Below are positions 1-46,935 of a DNA stretch of 64,000 nucleotides, one piece after another. The DNA comes from Amoebidium appalachense (Eukaryota > Protista > Ichthyosporea), in contig CAVNZM010000017.1 of assembly GCA_963693365.1 (NCBI GenBank), forward strand, positions 5,818,708-5,882,707. Direction: 5' to 3'. Made by a program: the position numbers and the translations under genes. Each line of letters opens with the position of its first letter. Position 1 is the stretch's first letter. The notes under the pieces were generated by a model. It ran no database searches, was not told the origin of the DNA, and was given only the letters and a program-made list of their open reading frames with translations.

Positions 1-301
1 TTGTACCAGCAATTTTGCAGTGTTTTAGGATCTCTATGATTGGTGGATAAATTATCCGAGACTCGCTATTGTTTACTTCTAGAGCGCTTATAACGTTCAT
101 AATCCCCTATATTACAGGTAAATTATACTCAATATTTATATAAAAAAAAAAGTAATTTGTATTACAAAATAGCTTTAGCTACTTATATTACCCTTGCAAC
201 GCAACTTTGCCCAAACTTTGATGATATACTATTGGTTCACGATCAGGAGCTTTTTTATTTTGTGTACGAATGTCCCCTCTTTTCGCCGCAGTCTGCTGCA
301 C

Positions 302-1573
<1,272 letters not shown>

Positions 1574-1727
1574 ACATGTACGCTGCTTTTTAGATATGTC
1601 CACTATCGTGTGTGATGTTTTCGCCAAGTGGTTGTGCATTAGTTCTGTGTTACGAATGAATACGTAAGTGTATTTCCGAATTAAGTGTGTCGTCCAGTGA
1701 GCGTGTTGATCGCGCAGTCCAAATGAA

Positions 1728-1733
1728 AATAAA
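1728..1733 (+). terminator. Probable polyadenylation signal (AATAAA) of actin
   Basis: AATAAA about 155 nt after the actin stop, following a GT-rich 3' UTR. Confidence 0.4.
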
Positions 1734-2045
1734 ATAGATGATTTATAAGGGCCTAGTGCCCTATAACTATATGCGTTTCATTATGGTGCATGTTCTGATC
1801 TACATGGCACACACATCACAACACACACCACATACATCGAACAAGCCTTTCTTGCACGCTGCTCTCCTTCCACGATGCAAACGCATGCGCACACGGGACA
1901 CCTGCGCCGAATCTTTGCTTTTGCGTATGCACCCCCCCCCCCCCCCCCCCCCACACCACCACCACACACTAAGCACATCACATCGACAGAACAAGCCTCT
2001 ATTCCACGTCTTCCTGCCTCTACGTGATGCAAGTGCACGTGCACT

Positions 2046-2825
2046 GATACACCAACACCCGGTAGTGGTAGACCGTGTTTCCCTTGCACTTTGCGCATCT
2101 GAAATGGATGGACCCGCCCTGCCTCCCTCTCCAACACTACCGAGTCGTTGCTTTTGTTTTACGGCTACACACACCTCTATACACTTCTTCTTGGGTAGCC
2201 CCCCCCCCGTCCCCTGCCCCCAGTGGCTCTGCTTATGAAACACTCTTTGTGCGTCCATGGCGTTGTGCATTGTTTTGTCCGACAGTAATATGTGCTTTGC
2301 ACTCTGTTTTTATACATAGTGATTTCAAACCCTCCCACTCCTCATGATCCTTGTGCGTGCAGCGCAACCCGTGCATTTGTAATCGAATTTGTGTTTCCCT
2401 ATATGCACGGGCCACATTTAGCACACCTCGCCTGAACAATTTTTTGGTTCCTGGGTTTGTGTGACCTTTTGCACCTTGTCTTCAATGCCAACACTCGATT
2501 GCATACAGATCCCCCCCCCCCCTCTCCCCCCCCCCCCCCCCCCCCCCCCCCTCCTCTCCTCACCTGCCCACCTGCCTCCCTCCCTCCCTCCCACTCTACG
2601 TTTTGCACTTTCCTTCAATTTCCAACACAATCACATACACATTTCCCCCCTCCCTCCCCCTCCCCCCTTCCCCCCTTCCCTCCCTCCCTCCCTCCCGGCC
2701 CCGGGGATGAGCCCACCTATCTGCTTACGGTGCATACTTCTTTTTGTGTGTGCTTTGCAATCTACATTTTGTTTTCTGTTATGGATTTGCACGTAACTTA
2801 GGAATCTAGACAGCTGCAACACATG

Positions 2826-2885
<60 letters not shown>

Positions 2886-3108
2886 CCAACAATGCCATGG
2901 ACGCACAAAGAGTGCTTCATAAGCAGAGCCGCTGGGGGCAGGGGACGGGGGGGGGCTACCCAAGAAGAAGTGTATAGAGGTGTGTGTAGCCGTAAAACAA
3001 AAGCAACGACTCGGTAGTGTTGGAGAGGGAGGCAGGGCGGGTCCATCCATTTCAGATGCGCAAAGTGCAAGGGAAACACGGTCTACCACTACCGGGTGTT
3101 GGTGTATC
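2046..3108. repeat. Long inverted repeat: ~220-bp arms (2046-2266 and 2889-3108) with ~620-bp spacer
   Basis: GATACACCAACACCCGGTAGTGG...GTCCATGGCGTTGT is reverse-complemented at 2889-3108 with only about 4 differences; no target-site duplication seen. Confidence 0.92.
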
Positions 3109-3982
3109 TGACCTCTAAAATTCCAAAATTGACGATTTTCTGGATTTTTTCCGGATTTCTGGATTTAGGATTTTTAATTTCATCTTATATCCTGACGGAA
3201 CCACCCCCCCCCCCCACCCACCCCCCCCAACTGCTTCAGAACTTCGTGTACACGAGGAAATCAACGACCAGGTTGCCCAAATAGCTAGCAACATGCACAC
3301 ATAGTACTTCAGAATCTTCAATAACTTATCTGCACGCTGGCAGAATAAACAGATGAGTTGAACCAGTAGCCGCATCATACGTGTGCATTGTGATTCAAAA
3401 CACCGACTTGCGCACTTCATATGGATTACAACGTGTGCACAAACAAAAACATGTCTTAGAGGAATGTGCGTAACTGTTTAGTGCCAAGCACGTTAACCAA
3501 AGGCTTTTGATTAAGCACAACTTTCCCAATATATGGACCGGTGGCCATCGCTTCAAGTTCAGTGGACGAATTCAAAATGAATGGATATATCCGATAAAGA
3601 GTCGTCTGAAGTGTGTGTGTACACTGTGGCACGATCAATAATGGGCATCGAGGGAGGGATGTCAAAGTTTACAGGCATAGCTTTGCGGGCGGTGCGAAGT
3701 AAGGGGCCTCATGTGACTTTTTTATTTTCCATTTTTTTTTTCTGTGTGTGTGTGTGTGTCTGTATGTGTGTGTGTGTGTGTGCGTGCGTGCGCGCGCGTA
3801 TACATATGTGTAGGGAGAGAAGCGGAGGGGGGATGGGGTTTTTCCTTTTTTTTTTTTTTTGGAGGGGGGAGGGGGGGAGGGGAAGGTAGGCTCATGATGA
3901 TGATAGAAATGAGAGGAAGAAACCCTGGGAGAGAGAGAGAGAGAGAGAGAGGGAGGGAGAGAGAGAGTGTGTGTGTGGTTGT

Positions 3983-4013
<31 letters not shown>

Positions 4014-4569
4014 GAGGAGGAGGGGGTTGTGGTGGTGCAGGGGACAATAGGAGCATCACAAATATGTATGCATGCGTATCTGGAGTCGGTCACCGCCTGG
4101 ACCAACCCCTCGAACATGGCCAATTATGATATATGCGTTGGTATTGCCAGGGAAGGAGGGAAGAGAACGGGGGGAATGCGGTGTCTTAAATCCGAAAAGA
4201 GAGATCAGGGGAAGGGATGGTGAGCGCGAGGGTTCTGGGAGTTGGGGGGCCAGGGGGGGGGGGGGGGGGGGGGGGAGGGGGTAGCTCTTAGAGTTGGACT
4301 AGTTGCTGCAACTGTAAGTTGTCAGACATAGTGTCGTGTATGATGGGTAACTAGTCTATGTGTTTTGTGCACTGGACAGGGGGAGGGGAGGGAAGAGAGA
4401 GAAATAGGGGGGGTTAGAGGGTGGATGGGAGAGTGGGAGAGAGAGGGAGAGAGAGGAGAGAAAGAGAGAGAGCGAGACAGAGAGAGAGAGAGGGAGAGAG
4501 AGAGGGAGAGAGGGAGGGAGGGAGGGAGGGAGAGGGGGAGAGAAAGGGAGAGAGTGAGAAAGTGAGTGA

Positions 4570-4697
<128 letters not shown>

Positions 4698-5167
4698 GCC
4701 TCGGAGAGCACGAGATCTCGAAAGGGTCCCCTCCTCCGGGAAGAGGGAGGGGGTGGGGGTGGGGGAGAGGGACTCAATATGGGCAAGCCTCACAGAGCGT
4801 GTACACATGTGTACTCAATGTTTTTATGACGGCAGTGCGTCTGCCGTTGTGCACATTTTTCCCTGCTCAGCACAGCCCAGCTCCTCTACCCAATGTAAAT
4901 CGGACCCACCATCGCCCATTTCGAAGGCAACTGGTCATGCCATTGGGCGCCATGGGCGCCATGTGCATGCATCGGACCTTCTTCACATGTTTCCCAGCAA
5001 TGAATCACGTTGCCCCGCCACCCATACACCTCAACTGTACAAAAATCCCGTGCCAAAGAATTTCGACGCTATTCCCATCACCATCGTGACATGAATACGG
5101 GCGGGGGGTGGAGGGGGGGGAGAGGAGGGGGAGAAGAGGGGGGGGGGGGGGGGGGGGGGGGGGGAGA

Positions 5168-5730
5168 GGGCGCCGGCCGGCGGCTGGGCGGCCCGGCTCG
5201 CGGGCCGCGGCTCTCAGCCGGCATAGCTAAATAAAGTAACTTTAGAGCTCCAACGATTGGATAAGCTTCAGCCATCAACGTCTCTAAGTGAATCTATTTA
5301 TAGTTGAGCATTGTTATTGGCTCTCACCTCACCCTTTTTTTCAAAGGAATGCGGCACAACTTTCTCGCTGCCGTTTTGGCCAAGGCCCAGCTTGTTTCAA
5401 AGCTGGCGTACCCGAGAGCTTTGCTTTCAGCTCTGAGTGTTTCATGTTCACAAGCAATGCGGTCCTCATTCTTATTTGAAGGGGAATTTTTTTGTTTGAT
5501 GATCAAGACAGTGTGTTCAAACTTTAAGAATACACATGGATTAACAAACACATTGAGTTTAAGTAGTAAGGCAAAGCATAATTGTAACAGGCTTCTTAGT
5601 TGGGTTGTAGGGCTGGGCAGATGCCACAAGAGTCCTGGAGGGTTCTGCTGGGTTGACCAGCAGTTTAAAGCACAGAGGCAAGCAGAAAAGAAACAAAAAA
5701 GCACGCAACCAAACCTAGAAATAGTGGCAG
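5168..5730 (+). promoter_or_regulatory. Possible GAK promoter and non-coding first exon
   Basis: CpG-rich patch at 5168-5222, ATTGG at 5256, donor-like CAG|GTACGT at 5730/5731; the first coding exon is preceded by an acceptor (TTGCAG, 6837) 30 nt before the ATG, implying an upstream UTR exon. Confidence 0.35.
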
Positions 5731-5808
5731 GTACGTGTTTTTCTGGAGAAAGCTTGCTCGGATTTACCTCCACAACTTGATCGTTCACAGTTTAGTTGGC
5801 GCACGCTT

Positions 5809-5862
<54 letters not shown>

Positions 5863-6391
5863 AACCCCCTCTCCCCCCGGGCCTCCTATTCCTTCCCTAC
5901 CCGTCGTCCTCCCCCTTCTGCCCCCGCCCTCCATCCTCGACTTCATTTGGTCTGCACCCTTCCCGCTCTCTTAACTCGACTCTCCATTGCAATCTTCTCC
6001 CGTTATCGTAACCGGGTTGCTCTGTTATTGCCGCTTGTTTTCTTCTTCGTGTTTGCTGGAGCTTTCAGCCTCAATATCCGCCTCACAACTTAAGCCAATC
6101 CGTTTGGCACATTATTTTCATGCATTATCCTTGTATATTGTCCTTTCTTGTGCACGTGAACTCCACTAGCTGAGCCCTGTTTCTTAAACTAAAGGACAGA
6201 TTAAGGTTGGATTTGTACTTGCCCATAGGCTACAGGGTCTTTCTGAGCAACCGTACCCAGAATACCTGCGTGCATGCACATACACACAGGGGCACATTCC
6301 GGCATCACTGGCAAGCATATATCCTAGCATAACCTTTCGGCCTCCTACACTTTCAAGGAGAATTTCCGGCTTCAGTCATGTGGCCGCACAC

Positions 6392-6535
<144 letters not shown>

Positions 6536-6867
6536 CGAACACACTCCTCTCCTACTTCCCTGTGCCCCCCCCCCCCCCCCCCCCCTCTCCCCCGGCGCCT
6601 CGAGTATATTTGCATACGTCACAGCTTTAGCGCTCAGTTCAAAGCCTTGTAATGTCTTCCCTTTCGAAGCCTTTTTGTTTCTTATTCGACAATAGCACTC
6701 TTGTCAAGCACTTGAAGGGTGCACACTTTCTCATATGGTAGGCTCTCACTAGTCAGCCTTTTTGACTCCACTGTACTCCACCTTTTTGCATCCCCACAAT
6801 CGCATCATTCACGTTCGTAAACATGACACCATTGCAGGTCAGCGTCAGCTGGCAGGTGGGCGGCAGC

Positions 6868-38992
<32,125 letters not shown>

Positions 38993-39359
38993 GCCAATGC
39001 ACCAAAATAGCCCTAGCAGCTATATTTGGCCGTCTTTGCTTATATTAGCAGTGGGCCAATGCTGCAAGGTGCAACTGGTTTTGTGCCTACCCTTTGTGTG
39101 TGGATGGGTTGGAGGGGTTAATGAAAAAATGGAGGTGCGGGGGAATATCATGTGGGGTGGGTGCGATGCGGGTTGATATATGTAGTTGATAATGTGTTCG
39201 CTTTGTTCCCTGGGGACTTGTTGGCTTCATACACGAGGTATGGGATCACCATATTTCCCATCTGTGTAGGTTTAATTTTTTGTGCTTCTTTCTTTCCTTT
39301 TTTCTTTTCTTTTCTTTTCTTTCTTTATTTATTTTTTCCATTCCGGTGTTGCCCCCCCG

Positions 39360-39399
<40 letters not shown>

Positions 39400-39596
39400 A
39401 TTTGAATGTCCACGTTGGCATTCGCCAGTATGCCTTCTATCATAAAATGATTGTTTCGGCATTTTGACTAAACAATTGACCCCACGGAGGGTTGTTGCAT
39501 CTTGCATGTGTGTTTTGTTTTTGTTTTTTGTTTTTGGGTTTTTTGTTTTTTTTGCAAGTCATACCAAACTCCACGAAATGATCCTTTTTTTTTTTT

Positions 39597-39627
<31 letters not shown>

Positions 39628-39875
39628 GTTGTTTGTCTTGCAGGGCGCTAGTGTCCTATTGCTCGGGCATTTTGTGTTTTACGTGTAGATGGGTGAGTTT
39701 TCTCTAGATATCAAAATGGATTTTCTTGTATAGATGTCCGGGATATGACTGATCATAGATATCTTGTGCACTGTGTGCGAGATAAACACAGCAAATTACT
39801 TTTATTTCCTACATTATGGGGAAAACGTGATAGCTATGAACAATAGAGTATGTCATGCTATTCGAAATGAAGGTG

Positions 39876-39959
<84 letters not shown>

Positions 39960-40014
39960 ATGCACACACACACACGTACACACACAGTCACAAAATTAAT
40001 GTGGAAAAGAGATT

Positions 40015-40524
40015 ATATCAATTAGGGGTTTACGCTGTTTACTCGAGGCAAAGAGAGACCAGTCTCAGGTATGGGGGGTTTTGCTCGGAATATCCCCTCA
40101 GCGGTATATCATGACCAAGCACATAGATGTCGGGTGTTGATATATTTGAGGGTTTTCTTACTCTACGAAGCACCATAAAGACTAAGAAAATAAAAAATAA
40201 AAAAAGGGGTGGGCTGCATTGCGCTTGCGTTCCATTGACAAATTGATGGATGATAATCCCCGCATACAATTTGAATCAAGTTTGATGCCCCAGCCCTACG
40301 GTACCCACGATCACAATTCAAACACCTCTATCGGTTTGATGGTGTGACTCATGCATCCGGGCCCGCCGACACAAACTCCTGATGTAGGTGTTGTACTAAA
40401 TTAGGAGCACTAATCTAACCCATGTCTGATAATCATTCATCTCTCAAGTCCCCATGCATAAAGGATTTCCAATGAAGTTCATGCAACCCCCTCCCCCCCC
40501 CCCCCCCCCCCCCCCCTTTCCCCG

Positions 40525-40557
<33 letters not shown>

Positions 40558-42249
40558 ACCAATATCATCAGTCCCCACAAAAACCCCAAAAAGGTACCGA
40601 TAATTCCCGAACAGAACGTACACTACGCTTTATCGCTAAACAATCACCCATATATGCATGGTCCCACAATCCTAGGAGCCGCAATATCATTACCAGACGA
40701 CCCGGAGTGGTTTGTCCTGGGTGCAGAAGAGTGGGCGGCTAGGCAGATTGCAAATTAGCCTTGCAGACCCACACCCGATGATTGCATGCGGGTGGCTAAA
40801 GATCTGAAAACGGCCGCCCCTAAACCATTGCACATGCACTTGCATTACAAAAAAATAGCACGTGCATCATATGATATCATGCATACAGGTTGAAAAAAAA
40901 ACCCCCGATTGGGAACTACCAACATGCGCGCAAAATTTTCGAAAATAGCACTTCCCATCTTTCCTGCCGCGGGGCATGCACTTTCGGGTCGGAACCTAAC
41001 GTTGTGACAGACACAAGGTACTTGAATATTTCGTGGTGCAAGGCAAACCTTATGACCCTTAACATAGACAAATGTGGTGTTCTTGTACCTGATATAGCTA
41101 ACAATTTACACACATTTACATTATCATCTAAACCTGTACCTATAGTTCCAGAATACAAATATCTTGGTGTTCCGGTTGATTCTGTTGGTGTTATGTTTCC
41201 CCATATGGTCGAAAAGAGGGTAGAGTTGGCTCGTAAGCGGTTAGCTTTCTTCTCGGCTAATATTTTTAAAGACACACCCCTCCATCCTTCTATTAGACTT
41301 ACATTTATTCGCACTTTTGTCTTCCCGGCATGTGAATATGGTTTACCCCTTCTCGCCGCTTGGATCAAGAAAGAGAGAACTAGAGCGCTTAAACCCTTGG
41401 CAAATTTCCTTGAAGCAGAAGTTGCCTCCTTTCTATCTAACAACTGTTGTAAACCTGGGCCTGTAACGCTCTCGATATATGGTCTGGTCCCAATAGCTGC
41501 TAGAGTATCCTATCTCGCGCTGAAATTCAATAAGCACATAAGCCGCTTAAAGAAGTATTTGCCCTCCCACCCTCTCTTCTCTATCCGACCTGTCCCCTCC
41601 TCACCTCTCCCCTCTTTCCTCCCCTCTCTCTCCCCTTCTCCCCTGGGCACAAATACAAATAAACCCCGCAATAGTGTGTGTGTGACTTTGGACTGCCACT
41701 TACTTATTAAACATGTACACAATCACAAGATAATCACGCAATATAACAAATGGAAAAAGATACCACACGACACTAGACCCGATGAAAGCATACACCTTGA
41801 AAAACTAAGCCTTATGTCTCGTTTTATATATACTGACCGCCTCAACCATATTGCCAAATATGGCACTCGCAAATGTATAACACCTAAATACATATTACCT
41901 TCCTGTAGAACTGGTCTTTCTCTAGCTGATGGTATTATTGATCAATTACCACGCTTTTACTGTACACGTGCTATACAGTGGAGATCTAATAAGTAAAAGG
42001 TGGCATCATTTGCATGCCCAAACAACACACACACACACCAGTTTAACCGGTCATGTATCGCCAAATGTAGTTTGATAGACCACATAATACCGCAACACAC
42101 ACACGTCACATTCACAACAGACACCCAGAAAGATAGCCTACCTGTAAATTACAACATCCTTGATTTTATACTAAACACGCGTAACTACGACCTGTTTATT
42201 AGATGTATTGATTGGCTTGAGAAACACATCACTACAAAATTATAGCGCA

Positions 42250-42332
<83 letters not shown>

Positions 42333-42364
42333 CCAGCTGATACCGAGTGTCCCAAGGGGAGCCC

Positions 42365-42413
<49 letters not shown>

Positions 42414-42615
42414 GGGGAACCCCAACTAATTGATTTCTCCTTGTAGTCTTTATGGTGTCTCGTAGAGAAAGTAAACCCTGATATATAGTCACCACCCGAC
42501 ATCTATGTACGTGATCATGATATACCGCTGAGGGGATATTCCGAGCAAACCCCCCCCCCATACCTGAGACTGGTTCTCTTTGCCTCGAGTAAACAGCGTA
42601 AACCCCTTATGATAT
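40015..42615. mobile_element. 2.6-kb segment bounded by ~170-bp imperfect inverted repeats (40015-40184 / 42444-42615)
   Basis: AGGGGTTTACGCTGTTTACTCGAGGCAAAGAGA...CACCATAAAGACTA is reverse-complemented at the right end; no clear TSD; no transposase recognised. Confidence 0.7.
41020..42412 (+). mobile_element. 5'-truncated non-LTR retrotransposon (LINE): C-terminal reverse transcriptase/thumb and Cys/His region, short 3' UTR, poly(A) tail
   Basis: WCKANLMTLNIDKCGVL, YKYLGVP, FIRTFVFPACEYG are typical of the end of the non-LTR RT domain and thumb; frame continues past a single TAA (41994-41996) to TAG at 42245; (CA)n, a short hairpin, then an A run at 42368-42412. Confidence 0.85.
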
Positions 42616-42659
42616 GTAGTCGAAATGTCCCTTTGCCTAGTAAGTGAAAGCCAGTCCGA

Positions 42660-43267
42660 AATAAACAGAAATTACAGCCCTCTTGTTGAGACCTGTTGAG
42701 ACCAATTTACGGCAGCCACATACCTTTGCATAAACCCGCAATCAAACACCAAACGAGTCTTGCTTATAGTTTCTTTTAACAGGTTGCAGGATGACGGGTG
42801 ACCTGCCCAAAACAAGACCTTGTGCAGATTTGAAATCTGCGAAGGAACATGCACATGGATACGTGGACTACCCGACGTCTGCTGTGTTAGCTGATTACTA
42901 GCAGCACAGAGACGAGTCGAGAAAACACGTTGGTGTCATGGTCAACCCAACAACTGTTCCTTGAGAGACAATGTTTGGAAGGAAGAGCGAAAGTGTGTGA
43001 AGCCGGAACATCATACACGGAAAACTTGGTGTCCTGTTCACTTTAGCATGAGGATCTCCCGTTCCATTATATCTGGATTCCGTGTGTGAAGACTGAGGCC
43101 TGCCGGAGTCCTACTTAAACTCATCATTAGTATTCCAATTGTTATCAGGTGTGGTGTGGATCGCCACGGAGGAGTGGGGATGTGGAAGGAGAGTGGGGAG
43201 GGGAGGGGGGAGGGGGTGGAGGGGGGGGGGGGGGGGGAAGGGGGTTGGTTCTCGAACTAGCTGCCAC

Positions 43268-43306
<39 letters not shown>

Positions 43307-44419
43307 CCCCCCCCCCCCCCCCCTTCTTCCAACCTTCTCCCCACCACCCTCCCCCCGGCCCCCCCGTCCTCCCCGCCCGGGGGTCACCAGGCAATCTACA
43401 CCGGTCTAAAGCGGGTGGGTGGGCTATTCACACGCTAAACGCAGAAACCCCCTTGTAAGGCCTAACAGTTTTGACGTTCAGCCCGTGCTTATCATTTGTT
43501 CCACAATCACACGCCCATAGCATCTAATCATAAATGTTACCATGTGTTGCATTGATTTTGGGTGACCCCACCACCATCAGTGGAACACCAACATGCTGTG
43601 GATTGCAGCAGCTCATGTTGTTGATTTCCAGGATGCATGGCCTGTGTGGATGGGTCACAAGAGAGTTCACCTTTGATTGTTGCCGAAGAAAAAATATCAT
43701 AACAAAGAGCAGAAGTTGTCGGCATTTTCATAATGATTCTACAACCATGCAAAAATGTTTTGATTGTGAGTCCTTCGTTTTCTTTTCTTCTTTTCTTTCT
43801 TTCCTTTTTTTTTTGTTTCCCCTTTGGGAGGGGGGGAGGTGGGGAGGCTGCAATGGGCCAATAATATTCTTCTAAGATTTCCATTGGGCGGGGGCGGAAC
43901 CCTAAACCCTTCACCTTGTCCCGCGATCAAAGCTCAAACGGCTCCCTGCTTACCCTTTCTCATAACATGTTGCACTATGGTGGGTGACCTGCCCAAGGCG
44001 AAATCGTGTGCAGAATATTCTGCACAAAAAATAACCTTGCATCGTAAGTTGATTGACGAAGGGGGCCATACGTCTGCTGTGCTACCTGACTAGGACAATG
44101 ACATCGGTAAATCACATTGGCAGCAGAAATGTTCACCCCATGTGCAACTGTTGCTCAATATGTAATGTTTGAAAGGTATAGTGTGTGTGTGTGTTACAGT
44201 AGTGGGAACAAAGGTACATGGAAATCATGCACTGTGTTGTGGTCATTTACTGATACAGCACCCTTCAACATCTGAGTGCACGACGGCCTCATATGGGGTG
44301 TTTCTCTCGCCTTTGGTTAGTGTGCAAGTGATTATCAGATTGTGTAGTGAAGTAGGGAAATGGGGGGAAGGGGGGGAGTTGGGGAGGTGATGAAAGGGGA
44401 TTTACAAGTAGCTCCGGGT

Positions 44420-44460
<41 letters not shown>

Positions 44461-44471
44461 AGGAGAAGTGT

Positions 44472-44513
<42 letters not shown>

Positions 44514-44566
44514 AGGGGGCTATGCACTTGCTAAACACAGAAAGCCCCTTGCAAGGCCCATGAATT

Positions 44567-44609
<43 letters not shown>

Positions 44610-45629
44610 AAAAAAAAAAAAAAAGGAAAAAAACAGAAACGTAAAAACCAAAACGACAAGAAAAGATTCTGAAAAGGAAGCAAAAACATATGCAGTGCAC
44701 ACACTATCGCACATGCACACACACACACATGCACACACACAATGACAAGAAGAAACGACTTCCCCCAGAAAATAAAAAGAAGAATCCCCTCCCCCCCCCC
44801 CCTCCCCCCCCCCCCCTTTCTCTCTCTTCTCGCCCCTGTCCTCATGCACCACATATAACGTTATCCTAAAACAAAAAAATTATGGAGTAAAATGTGAACC
44901 TATGCTTCTCATTTGTCCCAACAATCACACGCTCACAGCATCTGAACCAGTTTATGTACCGTGTGTTCCAATGGATTCGGCCGACCTCCCCACCCTCAGT
45001 GGAATATCACCTGCTGTGCATTGCAGCACCAGCAGTACAAGAAGCCCCCGACCTCCAGAAAACCGGTGCCCATGGGTTACAAAAAACGTCGCCTTTTGGT
45101 TGTTTCTGAAGACTAAACCAGAACAAAACAAATAGCAGAAGTTGCTTGCAAGCATTTCCAGATTATCTACGCGGCATGCATGTGTTTCCATTCTTCTTCT
45201 TTCTCTTCTTCTTCTTCTTCTTCTGTTTATTGGGAGAGGGGTGAGGGTAGCAAAGGCCAATAATGATGTCTTCTTTTTATTCTAATTCTTTTTTTGCGTG
45301 GGGGCGGGGGGGGGGGGGGGGGGGGGGGGGGGAGGGAGGGGGGGGGGCAGGTGGCACAGGAAGAAGATTTTAGGGGGGGGGGGGGGGGGGGGGGGATAAA
45401 CATGAGAGCTAGACACTCAGCTATTTCATTCATTTTGTGAGTCAGAGCTAAGGCGCCAATATGGTGGTGACAAGACTGTGTAGGTGTGTGTGCATGAGCG
45501 GTCGTGTAGGTAAACTCGCTCAGTGTGGGATGTCCGTGTCTCAATGATTACTTGAAGGAGAGTGCAGAAAGAGCCAAGGTATCCATGAAGTTGAGAAACG
45601 TTGTGCAGAGGAAGGCGGAGCGGGAAGGT

Positions 45630-45672
<43 letters not shown>

Positions 45673-45872
45673 AGGGAGGGGGGAGGGGGGAGAGGGGGGA
45701 GGTGGGCGGGGGGGGGTTTGTTGTTAACTTTTCCCACCCCCCACCCCCCAACCCACCCACCCAACCCAACCTCCCCCCCCCCCCCTCCCCCCCTAGCCCC
45801 CCCCCCCAAAACACACACACAAAGCGTCCCTCTGCCTCCATTACCAGCTGCTGCCCTTCACTATATTCCCTT

Positions 45873-45914
<42 letters not shown>

Positions 45915-46400
45915 TCCCTCCCTTTCTCTCTCCCTCCCTTCCCCCCCCCCCCCCCCCCCCCTCCCTCCCCCCCCCCCCCGGGCGACCTCCCCCTTCCCCC
46001 TGCCCCTGGCCCAAAGGTTACCAGGTCTTCTTCACACCGGTCTATAGGGGTTGGGGGGGAAGGTTATACACATGCTAAACACAGAAAGCCCCTTGTGAGG
46101 CCTATGAGCTTTTCTGTTATATGTAGCATTCAACCTCATCTCCTTATTGTTTGTCCCACAATCAGATGGCCCGAGTGCTTGAAATATACAAAATACTGTG
46201 TGCTGTATTGGATTTGGGCGACCTCATTGGAGTATCCACGTGCTGTGCATAGCAACAGTTCATCCATCACCTTTGCGATAGGTCGGAAGAAGGTCGCCTC
46301 TAGAAATGTTACCGAACATAAAATGCTTTAAAAAAAAAAAACAGGTGTTGCATGGAAAAAGATCTCCAGATATTCTTCAACACAGAAATGGATGATTTCC
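42660..46400. repeat. Degenerate tandem segmental duplication, about 1.1-1.5 kb spacing, interrupted by G/C runs
   Basis: Anchor TAAAC(A/G)CAGAAA(G/C)CCCCTTG at 43436, 44532 and 46076 (weaker at 42662), each followed by related TTTGT(C)CCACAATCA...GCTGTG blocks; GGGTGACCTGCCCAA at about 42796 and 43982. Confidence 0.7.
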
Positions 46401-46718
46401 TTTCTCCTTTTTTTGTGGGGGTTCGGGTGGGGGTAGGGTGGAGTAGGGGGGGGGGGGGGGGAGGGGGAGGATTGCATATGGCTATTAGTAACTTTCTACT
46501 GTTCTAAGATTGTTCTTGGGCGAGGGGGGAGATGGAAAGGAGAGGGGGGGAAGGGGGAAGGGAGGGGAGGGGAGGAGGGGGGAGGGATGCCCCGCGTGTC
46601 CACCATCGCCCTTTCCCTCGAGACTCTTTTTCCCTCCGACTCGATGCTTCTCTCTCACCCTCCCCCCCCCCCCCCCCCCCCCCCCTCCCCAAAAAAAGCC
46701 CGTGACAAGGCTTAGTTT

Positions 46719-46935
46719 ATTCTGCTACCGCAAGCAGAATAATTCTGCTTTTTTGTGGAATTATTCTGCCAAAAAGCAGAATGAACCTGCTCAGAGCAGG
46801 CTAATTTTTTTGCACTATGAAAGAAATGAGTTCTACTCTTCTATCAGAATAATTCTCCTTTTGCTGATTAGTTCTGCTTGTAACAGAACAATTCCGCTTT
46901 CCTGTGATTGATACTTCTACCGCGTGGGCCACTGC
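46719..46935. repeat. Array of degenerate GCAGAATAATTCTGC palindromes (family copy 1)
   Basis: Perfect AAGCAGAAT-A-ATTCTGCTT at 46732-46750 with degenerate neighbours. Confidence 0.8.

Noticed and set aside
3230-3500. hAT transposase remnant (IIRVHCDSKHRL resembles the CxxH motif), preceded by GGATTT repeats
   Set aside because: Spacing is CxxxH, the frame has several stops and no other motif is recognisable.
41994-41996. Alternative genetic code (TAA as sense)
   Set aside because: Actin terminates normally at TAA and no in-frame TAA/TAG occurs in the three host genes.
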